DNA of 64,000 bases from Candidatus Latescibacterota bacterium (GTDB lineage: Bacteria; Latescibacterota; UBA2968; UBA8231): NCBI GenBank assembly GCA_965261395.1, contig OZ253462.1:576001-640000 (forward strand), given 5' to 3'. The notes beneath the pieces were generated by a model. It did not search any database. It saw only the letters and a program-made list of their open reading frames with translations, and had not been told where the DNA came from. Made by a program: the position numbers and the translations under genes. Each line of letters opens with the position of its first letter. Position 1 is the first letter of the stretch. Shown one piece after another: positions 38,606 through 49,397 of the stretch.

Positions 38606-40171
38606 ATGTCTGCGTCTTACGATGTCGTCATTGCCGGGGCGGGAGCAGCGGGAGCGGTTCTTGCAGCGCGGCTCAGCGAGGATCGGAGTCGGTCGGTCTT
38701 GCTTTTGGAGGCCGGGCCGGATTTTGCTGCGGTTGAAGACTTGCCCGAGGAAATTCGCTATGCCTATGGGCGCGACCGCAATATCTGGGATCGTGCCTTT
38801 GGCTTGGGCACCCGATTCGGCTGGGAGTATCGCGCCCGGGCCACGGACTTGCGTCCCGACTTCTTTGTGCCGCGCGGCAAAATTGTCGGCGGGTCCAGTG
38901 CGGTCAACGCGCAGATTTTTCTGCGCGGGGTGCCCGAAGACTACGACTCTTGGGCGGCGGCGGGCAACAACCTGTGGAGCCACGACGCCCTGTTGCCCTT
39001 CTTGTGCCGCCTTGAATCCGACCCCGACTACGGCGACGCCCCCTACCACGGTGCCAACGGCCCCATTCGCGCACGGCGGTTCAAAGATCACGAGCTCAAC
39101 CCCGAGCACCGCGCCTTCTACGAGGCTGCGCTCGCCGCGGGCTACCCCGACTGCCCCGATCACAACGACCCTATTTCCACCGGCGTCGGCCCCTTGGCCC
39201 TCAACAACGCCGAGAGCATCCGCTGGAGTTCTAACATCGGCTACCTCAACCCGGCTCGCGGTCGCCCCAACCTCACCATTCAAGCCAACACCCACGTCCA
39301 TCGCGTGCTCTTTGCCGACCAGCGCGCCACCGGCCTGCTCGTCGAGCGCGACGGTGCCCTATCCACGGTCCACGGCGGAGAGATCGTGCTCTGCGGCGGG
39401 GCGATTGGCTCGCCGCATCTGCTCTTGCTGTCGGGCGTCGGGCCGGCCGCGCACTTGGAGGTGATGGGTGTTGACGTGGTGTGCGATCTGCCCGGCGTCG
39501 GGCAGAATCTGCGCGACCATCCGCAAGTGAGCGTGACTTTGCGAGCCAAGGACGAGTACCTCGGCGATGGCACGGAGCCTCGGCTGCAAATTGGCCTGCG
39601 CTACACCGCCAGCGGATCGGACTGGCGCAACGACATGTTCATCATCCCGGCCTCCTTTGCCACGACCGAGGGCTACTACGTCTCGTCGCATTCCAAACCT
39701 TTGGGCTTTTACTTAGTCGGCTGCATATACCTAGCTGAGGGACAGGGCGAACTCAAACTGGCCTCCACCGACCCGCACGCGCAGCCCGTGCTCGACTACA
39801 ACTACTTGGCCGAGCCTTCAGACCGCGGCCGCCTGCGCGAATCCATCCGCATCATCATCGACCTGCTCAAACACGATGCATTCAACGGGCTTATCGTTGA
39901 GCGCATCGGCCCCACCGACGCCGAACTCGACACCGACGACGCGCTCGACGAGTGGATGCGGCGCGAAGTGGGCACCAGCCATCACGTCTCCTCGACTTGT
40001 AAAATGGGACCAGCGAGCGATTCGATGGCCGTCGTCGATCAGCATGGCCGAGTTCACGGCCTCGAAAACCTACGCGTCGCCGACGCGGCCATTATGCCCG
40101 ACTGCGTGCGCGCCAACACCAACATCACCTCAATGGCCATCGGCGAGCGCATCGCCGATCTCATGCGCTGA
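38606..40171 (+). CDS. GMC oxidoreductase (choline dehydrogenase/MftG-like)
   Basis: GAGAAG, RGKIVGGSSAVN, GVGQNLRDH, HHVSSTCKMG, ANTN. Confidence 0.9.
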   Translation: MSASYDVVIAGAGAAGAVLAARLSEDRSRSVLLLEAGPDFAAVEDLPEEIRYAYGRDRNIWDRAFGLGTRFGWEYRARATDLRPDFFVPRGKIVGGSSAVNAQIFLRGVPEDYDSWAAAGNNLWSHDALLPFLCRLESDPDYGDAPYHGANGPIRARRFKDHELNPEHRAFYEAALAAGYPDCPDHNDPISTGVGPLALNNAESIRWSSNIGYLNPARGRPNLTIQANTHVHRVLFADQRATGLLVERDGALSTVHGGEIVLCGGAIGSPHLLLLSGVGPAAHLEVMGVDVVCDLPGVGQNLRDHPQVSVTLRAKDEYLGDGTEPRLQIGLRYTASGSDWRNDMFIIPASFATTEGYYVSSHSKPLGFYLVGCIYLAEGQGELKLASTDPHAQPVLDYNYLAEPSDRGRLRESIRIIIDLLKHDAFNGLIVERIGPTDAELDTDDALDEWMRREVGTSHHVSSTCKMGPASDSMAVVDQHGRVHGLENLRVADAAIMPDCVRANTNITSMAIGERIADLMR

Positions 40172-40220
40172 AGGGACCATGGGCGCTGTAAGCCGTTGCG
40201 GGCTCACCCACAGCGCTGGC

Positions 40221-43130
40221 TCAAAACTCCGTGAGAAACACCGCTTCAAAGCGCGAATCCCCTTCGTCAAAACGGTGGGCGTAGCGCAGGCCCATATCCA
40301 GTGGGATCGGCAGTGAAAAGGGATGGAAATTGGCCGTCAGCTCGGCACCGGCCGATTGGTAGATTTCAGGGGGCTGAGAGTCGTCCTCGCCGCGGCCGTA
40401 GTCATAAAAGAAGTTCACCTTGCCGCGCTTGAGGTACGCCAGCGCCCCCAAGCTCCAGTCCGGGTAGAGCAGCGGCAGGGCATAGTTGGCTGTCCCTTGG
40501 TAAAAGCGGTGGTGGAAGCGGTAGGAGTAGCCGCGGACAAAGGGCTGCTCGCTTGCAAAGCGGTAGGGGTTAGCGTCGGCATCGGCTCCTGCGGGATCCT
40601 GCCACTCGTAACCACCCTCCAGCCGCAGGCTGTGATGGGCTGCCAGACCGGGGAAGACCAGCCCTAGCTGCCCCGACAGCAAGGTGCCGTCGTAGTCGCC
40701 CGCAAAAGGCGTGTGGCGGTAGATTAGCTGCAGGCTCTGGCCATAGGCCGAGGCCAAATCGCGCGACGCCCGGTGGCGCGACCGCCCGAAGGTTAGCTGG
40801 TACGTCAGCGGCGCAAAGCGTCCGTTGTGGTTTTTTGTAAACGCGTCTTTTACTACGTCTTGGTTCGCGCTGCTCGAATCGGGCCAGTAGAGGTCGTCCT
40901 CGGCCCGGTTGAGGTTGTCCCTGCCGGCGATATCGGTCAATTCCGCCCTTGCGCTCAAATGGACGAAAGACTGCCAAGGGCCGCGGGAAAAATTCAAGGG
41001 TAGTTCGACGCCGGCTCTCAGGCTTTTCTCAGTCCACTTGTCCGTTTCTTCTTTGACCTTGAGGCTGTCGCCTTCCATTGCTCTCGTTTTGATCTCGTAG
41101 TCCTCGACCCGCTCGACCCAACGCCCGCCCGCGCTGAAAATGGGATACCACGCCGCCAAGCTGAAACCGCCCAAGACGCCGAAGGCGCTCTCGTTGCTGT
41201 TGTATTCGACCCCCCCGCTCATGTTGCTGAGATTGAGCAAATCGCTGGACGTGAGATTGAGGGCATAGCGCGGCGGCAAGGGACTGTAAGACCAGCTATG
41301 GACTTTGAGCAGATGACCCAGCGGCTGATAACTGCTCACCGGATAGGACCGTTGTGGAATGTCCGCCAATATAGGGCCGCCCTGCTCTTGGTCGATCAGC
41401 GGTTCGTAATAGCGCACTCGGCGGGCGGCGACCTGCTCAACCGGCGTCCAAGTCGCCGGGTCCAAGGGCATGGCCGCGATTCGATAGCCGTCAACGGTGT
41501 ACTCCTGGAACAGGAGCGAATCGCCAGCCACCGCCGCGTGGGTGGCCGCCAGCGGGCGGGAGGTTACCTGGTAGCGGGCTCCGCTCGGCAGGTGGACAGC
41601 GTGGATGTTGTCGAGGCCTCCATAGGGTGCATCGAATAGCAGGTAGGAACCCCAGAAGACCGGCCAGCCGATATCGGCGCTAGTATGCGGCAACACGATC
41701 TGCCCTTGGCCATCGGCAACGTCAATGCGCTCGAGCGCGTTGCCGCGTTCGTCCTGCCGCACCACGGCGACATAGCGCCCGTCTTCCGACCATCCCGGTG
41801 CGCGCCAAAAAACCCCGTCCGGAGCTGAAAAACGGGCTTGCTCCGCACCACTGGCGGTCTCCAATAGCACGAGGTGGCAGCGCCGATCCGGTCCGAATTC
41901 AACCGCGGCAATGCGCGCGCCATCAGGAGAAAGAGCAGGGGCGAACAACTTGGCCTTGTGGGTGAGTTGGCGCGTCTGGCCGCTGTCGACGTCCAGCACC
42001 ACTACATCGGAGTAGTTGCGAAAGCCCCAGCGCCGATCCGGGGTAGAGCGGTTCCAAGCCACTTTGCCGCCGGCCACGCGGATGCTGCCGAGCGATTGGT
42101 AAAAGCGCACGCGTTCCTCGCGGCCGTCGGGGTGTAGCCGCACCAGCGTCGCCGGGTTGGCCAAGCCGCTCTTGCTCGCCAGCACGCTGCCGTCGGCCAG
42201 CGGTTGCGGATATTCGTAGTTGGTCCAGATGCCCGACCGGCTCTGCCCGGCGAGCACTCGCAACGGCGTCGTGGGCAGGTCCTTTTGCTGGGTCTGCCAC
42301 AACTCGGTCAACTCGTCCATTGTCCGCTCGTAGGTCTGGGCGGCGCTGGCCCCGGTGTACTTCCTGAGCGCCCGGCTAAAGGCAAAGGGGTGGAACCCCC
42401 ACCTGGCGGTGCGACCTAGCACCTTGTCCCACGTCTCTGGACCGTAGTGGCGCTTGACGTAGGTGGTGAGAAAATATCCCAGCGGGTAGTGACTGGGGTA
42501 CCAATCGCGGTACGAGCGGAGGTGGGCCTTGTAGTAGGAATAGCGCCGTCCCGCCAAAAGCATGGCCCGAATGTCCAGATCAAACTGGGGCATGCGCCCG
42601 CGCCCGGTCTCGCTCAGCGCCGTCTCAACCCCCACCGCATCCCCCTCCCAAAACCACGGCGGCACCAACAGACCCGCTAAGGCGTAGCCCTGTTCGCCAA
42701 AAAAGAGCCAAGCCAGGCGGACGAAGCCCCGGCGCATGCGGTCGAACTGCACTACGTGGCGCATTTCGTGGACTGCCAATAGCTGGTACCACTCGCCGCT
42801 GAGCCGCCCCGCGTTTTGGGGCGGGGTGCTGAACCACACGCTGCGGCGCGGTGCCCAGGCGACAAAACCGTTGGCCTGAGTCGATTGGTTAACCAGCACC
42901 ACATCCAGCGGCTTTTGCGGCCCCCGCAGCGTTTTGGAGACTGGGCCGTAGACGTGTTCAAGCGTATTGGCTACCCGCTGGGCATCGGCGCTGATCGACG
43001 CGGGAAAAATGACTTTGAATCGCTCCGTTTGGATCTGTCGCCAGTCTAGGCCGGGCGGATTTTGCTGCGCGAATGACGGGCCGACGATCAGCACCGCCAG
43101 CGCGACTGCTTTCAGCATCTTGGTCATCAT
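40221..43130 (-). CDS. Outer-membrane protein: zinc-peptidase-like domain + TolB-like propeller + C-terminal beta-barrel
   Basis: Signal peptide; HEMRH...WFWEG; PALSPDG and PGWSEDG PD40-like repeats; C-terminal Phe. Confidence 0.75.
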   Translation of the reverse strand: MMTKMLKAVALAVLIVGPSFAQQNPPGLDWRQIQTERFKVIFPASISADAQRVANTLEHVYGPVSKTLRGPQKPLDVVLVNQSTQANGFVAWAPRRSVWFSTPPQNAGRLSGEWYQLLAVHEMRHVVQFDRMRRGFVRLAWLFFGEQGYALAGLLVPPWFWEGDAVGVETALSETGRGRMPQFDLDIRAMLLAGRRYSYYKAHLRSYRDWYPSHYPLGYFLTTYVKRHYGPETWDKVLGRTARWGFHPFAFSRALRKYTGASAAQTYERTMDELTELWQTQQKDLPTTPLRVLAGQSRSGIWTNYEYPQPLADGSVLASKSGLANPATLVRLHPDGREERVRFYQSLGSIRVAGGKVAWNRSTPDRRWGFRNYSDVVVLDVDSGQTRQLTHKAKLFAPALSPDGARIAAVEFGPDRRCHLVLLETASGAEQARFSAPDGVFWRAPGWSEDGRYVAVVRQDERGNALERIDVADGQGQIVLPHTSADIGWPVFWGSYLLFDAPYGGLDNIHAVHLPSGARYQVTSRPLAATHAAVAGDSLLFQEYTVDGYRIAAMPLDPATWTPVEQVAARRVRYYEPLIDQEQGGPILADIPQRSYPVSSYQPLGHLLKVHSWSYSPLPPRYALNLTSSDLLNLSNMSGGVEYNSNESAFGVLGGFSLAAWYPIFSAGGRWVERVEDYEIKTRAMEGDSLKVKEETDKWTEKSLRAGVELPLNFSRGPWQSFVHLSARAELTDIAGRDNLNRAEDDLYWPDSSSANQDVVKDAFTKNHNGRFAPLTYQLTFGRSRHRASRDLASAYGQSLQLIYRHTPFAGDYDGTLLSGQLGLVFPGLAAHHSLRLEGGYEWQDPAGADADANPYRFASEQPFVRGYSYRFHHRFYQGTANYALPLLYPDWSLGALAYLKRGKVNFFYDYGRGEDDSQPPEIYQSAGAELTANFHPFSLPIPLDMGLRYAHRFDEGDSRFEAVFLTEF

Positions 43131-43236
43131 ACTCGCTTCCCCCTGATGGTTGATTAACTGCTGTTATGCAGCGTAAGAGGATATTTGTCCCTTTATCAGG
43201 GATTGATATTTTCAAAGTGACGCACTACCGTTGCGC

Positions 43237-44319
43237 CTAGCCCATCCGCAATTCCCGATCCGCCAGCGGCAAATCCACTCGCCCATTGCCCTGCCGATGC
43301 GACTCGCGCAAGCCAATGGCGATCTCCAGCGCTTCGCGCCCAAATTCCCCCGGGCAAACCCGCTCTTCCCCCTCCTCAATCGCCCGACAGACGCCCTCAA
43401 GCGCATCGACCATGGACGAGCGCGGGTGCCACGGGTTGGGGAATGGCCGCTGGATCGGCTCGCCGGTCTCCGGGTGCGCCCCCCACAGCTCGAATTGCGC
43501 GTGGGCGTTGCGCGAGACAATCATCCCGCGCTCGCCGATAAACTCCAAGGTCCACCCTCGCCCAGAGCGGTCGGCGCGGGAGTTCATAAAGCCGCGCACT
43601 CCGTTGGCGTAGGCAATGTAGCCCGAGCCGGATAAATCCCGGTCGGCTGCGGCCTGCTCGTCATCGTCCATCTCGCCCACCACCCACTCGGCCGGCGCTC
43701 CGGCAAAGAGCCGAAACAGGGCCAGCGTATGGCTTTGCAGATTCGACAGGCTGTGCGGGCTGTGGCAGACCATGGAGCGCAACCGGCCAATCGCCCCGTC
43801 GGCCATGGCCTGCCGCGCATTCGTGTACCAGCTATACCAGTTGAGATGACAGGCGATGGAAAAAATGGTCCCGCTTGCTTTGCACGCCGCGATCATCGCA
43901 TCGGCCTCGGCCAAGGTGCGGCACATCGGCTTGGTGGCAAAAATCGCCCGCACCCCGGCCTCGGCTAAGCCGATGACCACCTCGGCCCGCTCGTCGGGCC
44001 GCGTCGTCACCGCCACCACATCGGGCCGCTCTTGAGCGACCAACTCGCGGTAGTCTTCGTACAGGGCGTCCACTCCCCAACGCTGGGCAAAGTCGTCCAA
44101 TTTGGCTCGATCCACGTCGGCCGCGCCGATCAGCTCAATGCCCCGCGCTTCGATCATCGCCGGGGCGTGTGCCCACGGCCACGGATAGTGCGCCATCCCG
44201 ATGTGCTCGTCGTCGATGGTGCTGCCCATCCGCCCGCAGCCGACCACTGCGCCGCGATACGTTCCACGCGGGCTTGTCGCCGCGATCTGTTTGTAGGCCG
44301 CGCCCAACGGTTGTGCCAT
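43237..44319 (-). CDS. Gfo/Idh/MocA oxidoreductase
   Basis: VVGCGRMG, TKP (variant of EKP); GAGGAGG RBS. Confidence 0.85.
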   Translation of the reverse strand: MAQPLGAAYKQIAATSPRGTYRGAVVGCGRMGSTIDDEHIGMAHYPWPWAHAPAMIEARGIELIGAADVDRAKLDDFAQRWGVDALYEDYRELVAQERPDVVAVTTRPDERAEVVIGLAEAGVRAIFATKPMCRTLAEADAMIAACKASGTIFSIACHLNWYSWYTNARQAMADGAIGRLRSMVCHSPHSLSNLQSHTLALFRLFAGAPAEWVVGEMDDDEQAAADRDLSGSGYIAYANGVRGFMNSRADRSGRGWTLEFIGERGMIVSRNAHAQFELWGAHPETGEPIQRPFPNPWHPRSSMVDALEGVCRAIEEGEERVCPGEFGREALEIAIGLRESHRQGNGRVDLPLADRELRMG

Positions 44320-44456
44320 GTCGTGCCTCCTCTGCGCGAAATTGCAAAAAGGGGTCTGATTAAATACCATTAATACAATAAGATGTGCGCTTTGCTTCCT
44401 CCTACCAAGGAAGAAGCCTCTCATGTACGTCAACATCCAGCAATTTAATTTGAGCC

Positions 44457-45272
44457 ATGCGCCTCGCCTTTTACACCTATAGCTACACCGACCGGCTTGA
44501 GATGCCGCTCGAGCCGGCACTGAAGAAAATCGCCGCTACCGGCTACGACGGCATCGACATTTCGGGGACCCACGGGCCGTCGGCGGACCCGCGCTCGGTG
44601 ACGCCCGAGTTGCGTGCGCAGACGCGGAGCACGGCCGAGCGGCTGGGCCTCACCATCGAAGCCGTCATCACCCACGCCAATCTCGCTGACTCGCTCTTTA
44701 CCGACGCGCCGCTCGACCTCAAGGGGTCCGTTGATCTGGCGGTGGACGTCGGCGCACCACTCGTCGTCTTCCACATGGGTGGCCCCAAAGACGACGATGC
44801 CGTCCAGCGCGCTGAAGCTTGGCGGCGGGTGGTCGCCTATCTCCAAGACGCGCTTTCCTACGCGGAGCCTCGCAACGTGCAGTTGGCAGTCGATGGCGTG
44901 TGGGCTGGTTGGCTCGCCGACACCCCCGAGCGCTTCTTGGAGTTGCACGACGAGGTCGGCAGCACGTCCTTTGGCGTCAATTTCGATCCTTGCTATCTGA
45001 CGCTCCTCGGCTTGGATCCGGTCGCGGTCGCCCATCAGTGGCAGGGGCGCATTGTGCACGCCCACCTCAAGGACCACATCGGCACCTATCCCGACTGGGA
45101 CCACAAAATCCCCGGCCAAGGAAGCCTCGACTATCCGCGCATCGTGCAGGCGCTCAAGGACATCGGCTTTGCCGGGGCCATGGCGATAGAGACGTTTGTC
45201 ACCATGGATTTCGACGAATCCTGCGCAGTCGGCTACGCGGCGTTGACACCGGCGCTGAGCCGGGAACGCTAG
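44457..45272 (+). CDS. Sugar phosphate isomerase/epimerase
   Basis: NFDPCY, HAHLKD, PGQGSLDY, AIE. Confidence 0.85.
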   Translation: MRLAFYTYSYTDRLEMPLEPALKKIAATGYDGIDISGTHGPSADPRSVTPELRAQTRSTAERLGLTIEAVITHANLADSLFTDAPLDLKGSVDLAVDVGAPLVVFHMGGPKDDDAVQRAEAWRRVVAYLQDALSYAEPRNVQLAVDGVWAGWLADTPERFLELHDEVGSTSFGVNFDPCYLTLLGLDPVAVAHQWQGRIVHAHLKDHIGTYPDWDHKIPGQGSLDYPRIVQALKDIGFAGAMAIETFVTMDFDESCAVGYAALTPALSRER

Positions 45273-45439
45273 CGATGTCTTGGTCTCCAGCGCGGCGACG
45301 ATGAGTATTTCCCACCCTTTCATTGACATTGCCCGATTTGAGCGCGGCGCGTGGGCCGACGAGCGCAGACGCCGACACTACAGCTCAATAGCGGCCCTTG
45401 CACCGACCACACAGCGGCGAGTATTGCTTTTTACGCCGC

Positions 45440-46282
45440 ATGGCAGAAAGCGAGATAGACGCATTGACTACTTTTGACTTCCACGGCAAAAAGGCCGTGG
45501 CAACCGGAGCCGGGGGGGCCATTGGCGGCGAGATCGCCCGCGGCTTGGCCCAAGCTGGCGCAGAAGTGGCGATCTGGGACATTTCACCAGAGGCGGCCCG
45601 CGCCAAAGCCGACGAGATCAACCAAGACTTCCCGAACAAGGTCCTCCCCGTCGAGTGCAACGTCGTCAGCAAAGACAGCGTCGAGGCCGCGCTCGCGGAG
45701 ACCATCGAACAATTTGGCACCGTTGACTTCCTGCTCAATGGGGCCGGCGGCAGCCACAAGGATACCACCACCTCCCCGGAGCTCGAATTCTTTGATATTG
45801 ATCCAGAGGCGGTCAAGATGGTGATGGATCTCAACTATCTAAGCGCTGTCCTGCCCTCGCAGGCGGTGGGCCGCGTCTTCGCCGCTAAAGGTGAGGGAGC
45901 CGTCGTCAATATCACCTCAATCGGCGGAGGGCTGCCGCTGTCGCGGGCCTTGGCGTATTCCAACGGCAAGGCTGCCGCCGATAGTTTCACTCGCTGGCTA
46001 GCCGTGCACATGGCCACTACCTACGCATCCAAAATCCGCGTCAATGCCGTAGCCCCGGGCTTTATGATCACCACGCAAAACCGCTTCCTGCTCCTCGACG
46101 AAACGAGCGGCGAACTGACCGATCGCGGCGAGACTATTCTCAAAAATGTCCCGATGGCCCGCTTTGGCGGTCCGCACGAGGTCGTCGGCGCGGCCCTGTG
46201 GCTCTTTTCAGACACAGCCGCGTTTGTCACCGGTGCCATCGTGCCCATTGACGGCGGCTTTTCCGCATTTTGCGGCGTATAA
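45440..46282 (+). CDS. SDR oxidoreductase (D-mannonate oxidoreductase-like)
   Basis: [30 protein letters not shown]. Confidence 0.85.
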   Translation: MAESEIDALTTFDFHGKKAVATGAGGAIGGEIARGLAQAGAEVAIWDISPEAARAKADEINQDFPNKVLPVECNVVSKDSVEAALAETIEQFGTVDFLLNGAGGSHKDTTTSPELEFFDIDPEAVKMVMDLNYLSAVLPSQAVGRVFAAKGEGAVVNITSIGGGLPLSRALAYSNGKAAADSFTRWLAVHMATTYASKIRVNAVAPGFMITTQNRFLLLDETSGELTDRGETILKNVPMARFGGPHEVVGAALWLFSDTAAFVTGAIVPIDGGFSAFCGV

Positions 46283-46311
46283 GACCAATTCATTCAAATC
46301 AGGAGTTTACT

Positions 46312-47985
46312 TTGCTACCGGACATAGAAATCGCCCGCCAAACCTCACTCCGTCCCATCGACGACGTAGCCGCCCAACTCGGGATCGGCTCCGAACACCT
46401 CGAACACTACGGCCGCGTCAAGGCCAAGATCTCGCAGGATTTCTGCCAGCAACTCGAAAACACGCCGACTACCGGCAAACTGATCGTCGTCTCGGCCATC
46501 AACCCGACTCCGGCTGGCGAGGGCAAGACCACAACCACCATCGGCCTCGGCGACGCGCTCAACCGCATTGGCAAGCGCGCCACTGTCTGCCTGCGGGAGC
46601 CTTCGCTAGGGCCTTGCTTCGGCATGAAGGGCGGTGGTGCCGGCGGCGGCTACGCTCAGGTGGCACCGATGGAGGACATCAACTTGCACTTCACTGGCGA
46701 CATCCACGCCGTCTCCACCGCGCACAACCTACTCGCCGCGGCCCTCGACAACTACATCCACCACGGCAATGTGCGCCGCATTGACCCCCGTCGCATCGTC
46801 TGGAACCGCGTCCTCGATATAAATGACCGGGCACTGCGCGATATCGTCATCGGGCTAGGGGGGACCGCCAACTCCTTTCCGCGCCAATCGGGGTTCGACA
46901 TTGCCGTCGCCTCAGAGGTCATGGCCATCCTCTGCCTCTCCGAATCGCGGGCCGAACTCAAAGAGCGACTCGGCCGGATCGTCGTCGCCCAGACCCGCGC
47001 CCGCGAAACCGTCCGCGCCGCGGACCTAGCGGTCCACGGCGCTATGGCGGTGCTGCTCAAGGACGCCTGCCAACCCAACTTGGTGCAGACCCTAGAGGGC
47101 AACCCGGCTTTAGTCCACGGCGGCCCTTTTGCCAATATCGCCCACGGCTGCAACTCCATTGCTGCCACCCGCCTGAGCACGCGCCTATCCGAATACACCA
47201 TCACCGAGGCCGGCTTTGGTGCGGACTTGGGCGTGGAGAAATTCGCCAACATCAAGTGTCGCCAGAGCGGCCTAACACCCGACCTCGTAGTATTGGTGGC
47301 CACGGTGCGCGCGCTCAAATTTCACGGCGGTGCCACACTCAAACGCATTGCCAAACCCAATGTCGGGGCGGTTGAACGGGGCGTCGAAAACCTCAAGAAG
47401 CACATCGAAAACATCCGCCTCTTCGGCTTGCCCGTCGTCGTCGCGGTCAATGCCTTCGCCACGGATACCGACGACGAGATCCAGTCCATCCACGACAAGT
47501 GCGCTCACCTCGGCGTTGAGATCGTCCCCGCGGATCACCACGCCCGCGGCGGCGCTGGTGCCGAAGACCTCGCCCGCACCGTGGTGCAGGTAGCCGAAAA
47601 CACGCAGAGCGACTTCAAGCTCCTCTATCCCAACGACATGCGGCTTTGGGACAAGGTCCGCACCGTCGCCCAAGCCATCTACGGCGCCGACGACATCATG
47701 GGCGACAAGCTGCTGCGGAACAAGTTCCGGCGGCTGGAGGACGAAGGCTACGGCAACTTGCCCGTCTGCATAGCCAAGACCCAGTACTCGCTCTCGACCG
47801 ATCCCGGCCTCAAGGGGCGGCCGCGCGGCTTTGACGTGCCGATCCGCGACGTCAAAGTCTCGGCCGGGGCCGGCTTTGTGGTGGTGCTGACAGGCGATAT
47901 TATGACGATGCCCGGCCTGCCAAAGAAGCCCTCGGCCGAGTCGATTGATCTCGACGAAGCAGGACAGACCAAGGGGTTGTTCTGA
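46312..47985 (+). CDS. fhs: Formate--tetrahydrofolate ligase
   Basis: [35 protein letters not shown]. Confidence 0.97.
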   Translation: MLPDIEIARQTSLRPIDDVAAQLGIGSEHLEHYGRVKAKISQDFCQQLENTPTTGKLIVVSAINPTPAGEGKTTTTIGLGDALNRIGKRATVCLREPSLGPCFGMKGGGAGGGYAQVAPMEDINLHFTGDIHAVSTAHNLLAAALDNYIHHGNVRRIDPRRIVWNRVLDINDRALRDIVIGLGGTANSFPRQSGFDIAVASEVMAILCLSESRAELKERLGRIVVAQTRARETVRAADLAVHGAMAVLLKDACQPNLVQTLEGNPALVHGGPFANIAHGCNSIAATRLSTRLSEYTITEAGFGADLGVEKFANIKCRQSGLTPDLVVLVATVRALKFHGGATLKRIAKPNVGAVERGVENLKKHIENIRLFGLPVVVAVNAFATDTDDEIQSIHDKCAHLGVEIVPADHHARGGAGAEDLARTVVQVAENTQSDFKLLYPNDMRLWDKVRTVAQAIYGADDIMGDKLLRNKFRRLEDEGYGNLPVCIAKTQYSLSTDPGLKGRPRGFDVPIRDVKVSAGAGFVVVLTGDIMTMPGLPKKPSAESIDLDEAGQTKGLF

Positions 47986-48024
47986 GAGGGACACAGAACC
48001 CGTAACCACACAGGACAACGGACC

Positions 48025-49389
48025 ATGTCATTCTCAAAGCGACTGGAATCGTGCTCTCTCGAACGCATTACCAAGATGAAGGATGTGGTAATGCAGGAGA
48101 TAGATAGTATTGACCGTCAGCTAGCCGAAAAAGAAAAAGAGCTCGACGAAATGATCGAGAAGGTAGAGACGGTCAGTTTGAGCAAGAGGCACGGCCAATA
48201 CGAACTGAATCTGGATAAAGCTGAATCGCAGCTCGATAGGTTAAACGCCGAAAAAGATAAGCTGCTAGACAAGGCCGCGATCATTGAGGAAGCACGGCAA
48301 AAGAAGCACCTGATGAACCAACAGGCGCGGGTGCTTGGCAGTACCAAAAGGGTGATGGTCAAAGACATGCTCATCTTTTTCCTCATCCTTTTTATTATTG
48401 GCATTCTGGTGGTTGACTTACTCGGCATTGGGGCCACTGGCGGCGGGGCCGTTGCCCGAGCCGAAGTTGAGGACGGCCAGATACGCCGAGTCGTCGTTCT
48501 GAGTGAGGGCACTAGCTACGAACGGGTGAATATTGAAATAGAGGACAAAGTGGGGTCTGGTGCCTTGGTTACCGGGCAGGTCGTCGAGGGCAAGCTAACC
48601 CAAGCGGAAGTCATTGAGGCCGGCGAACACTACGTCAAGCCCACAGTGGAGATCGCGCCCCACTTTGCAGTCGGCAAGCTATGGCTATTTTGGATCCTCG
48701 ACGTGATCTGCTGCACGGTTTTTATGGTCAACTTCTTTTTTGAACACGCCCTCGCCGCGTCCAAAAAGTGGTACTGGAAGCGCAACTGGATCGACTTCAT
48801 AACGTCCATTCCGCTGCCTCCAGTGCAAGTCATTGCCGCGTCCGGCCAACTGGAGTTTGTCCGCCTTGGGCGTCTGCTCCGGGCCATGCGGATTTTGCGG
48901 GCGCTGAGAGTGTTCCGCATCGCGCTGTTTTTCTGGCGGGGTATGGACCATTTGAGCTCCACATTGGACGTGAGGCTCCTCAAGCGATCCCTGTTGTACG
49001 GCTTGTTATCGCTCGTGTTTGGGGCCTGCATTTTCATGAGCTTGGAGCGCATGGATTCTGGTTCGGGATTCTGGGCGAGTCTTTGGTGGAGCTTTACGAC
49101 GCTGGTCACTGGCGGGTACGCCGACATCCACAATCCCGAGACGGCTTCGGGCAAAATCCTCACCGTTTTTCTGGTGATTACGGGTATGGTTCTGGTGGGT
49201 GTCTTTACGGCTACGCTGACCAGCATCCTCGTAAGCGACGAGGATTCCTTGAAGGTCGAGGAGCTAGAAGAGCAGGTCGGGATCGTAACGAAAATTCAGG
49301 AAGACATAAAAGACACCAACGAGCGTCTAGACCGGCTGGAAGGTACCATCCGCGAAATCCGGGACGCCGTGGCGGCGCAGGAGAAATAG
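48025..49389 (+). CDS. Voltage-gated ion channel superfamily protein (6TM) with coiled-coil termini
   Basis: S4 RLGRLLRAMRILRALRVFR, WIDFITSIP, pore helix WWSFTTLVTGGYAD, S6. Confidence 0.85.
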   Translation: MSFSKRLESCSLERITKMKDVVMQEIDSIDRQLAEKEKELDEMIEKVETVSLSKRHGQYELNLDKAESQLDRLNAEKDKLLDKAAIIEEARQKKHLMNQQARVLGSTKRVMVKDMLIFFLILFIIGILVVDLLGIGATGGGAVARAEVEDGQIRRVVVLSEGTSYERVNIEIEDKVGSGALVTGQVVEGKLTQAEVIEAGEHYVKPTVEIAPHFAVGKLWLFWILDVICCTVFMVNFFFEHALAASKKWYWKRNWIDFITSIPLPPVQVIAASGQLEFVRLGRLLRAMRILRALRVFRIALFFWRGMDHLSSTLDVRLLKRSLLYGLLSLVFGACIFMSLERMDSGSGFWASLWWSFTTLVTGGYADIHNPETASGKILTVFLVITGMVLVGVFTATLTSILVSDEDSLKVEELEEQVGIVTKIQEDIKDTNERLDRLEGTIREIRDAVAAQEK

Positions 49390-49397
49390 CGGCGGCT

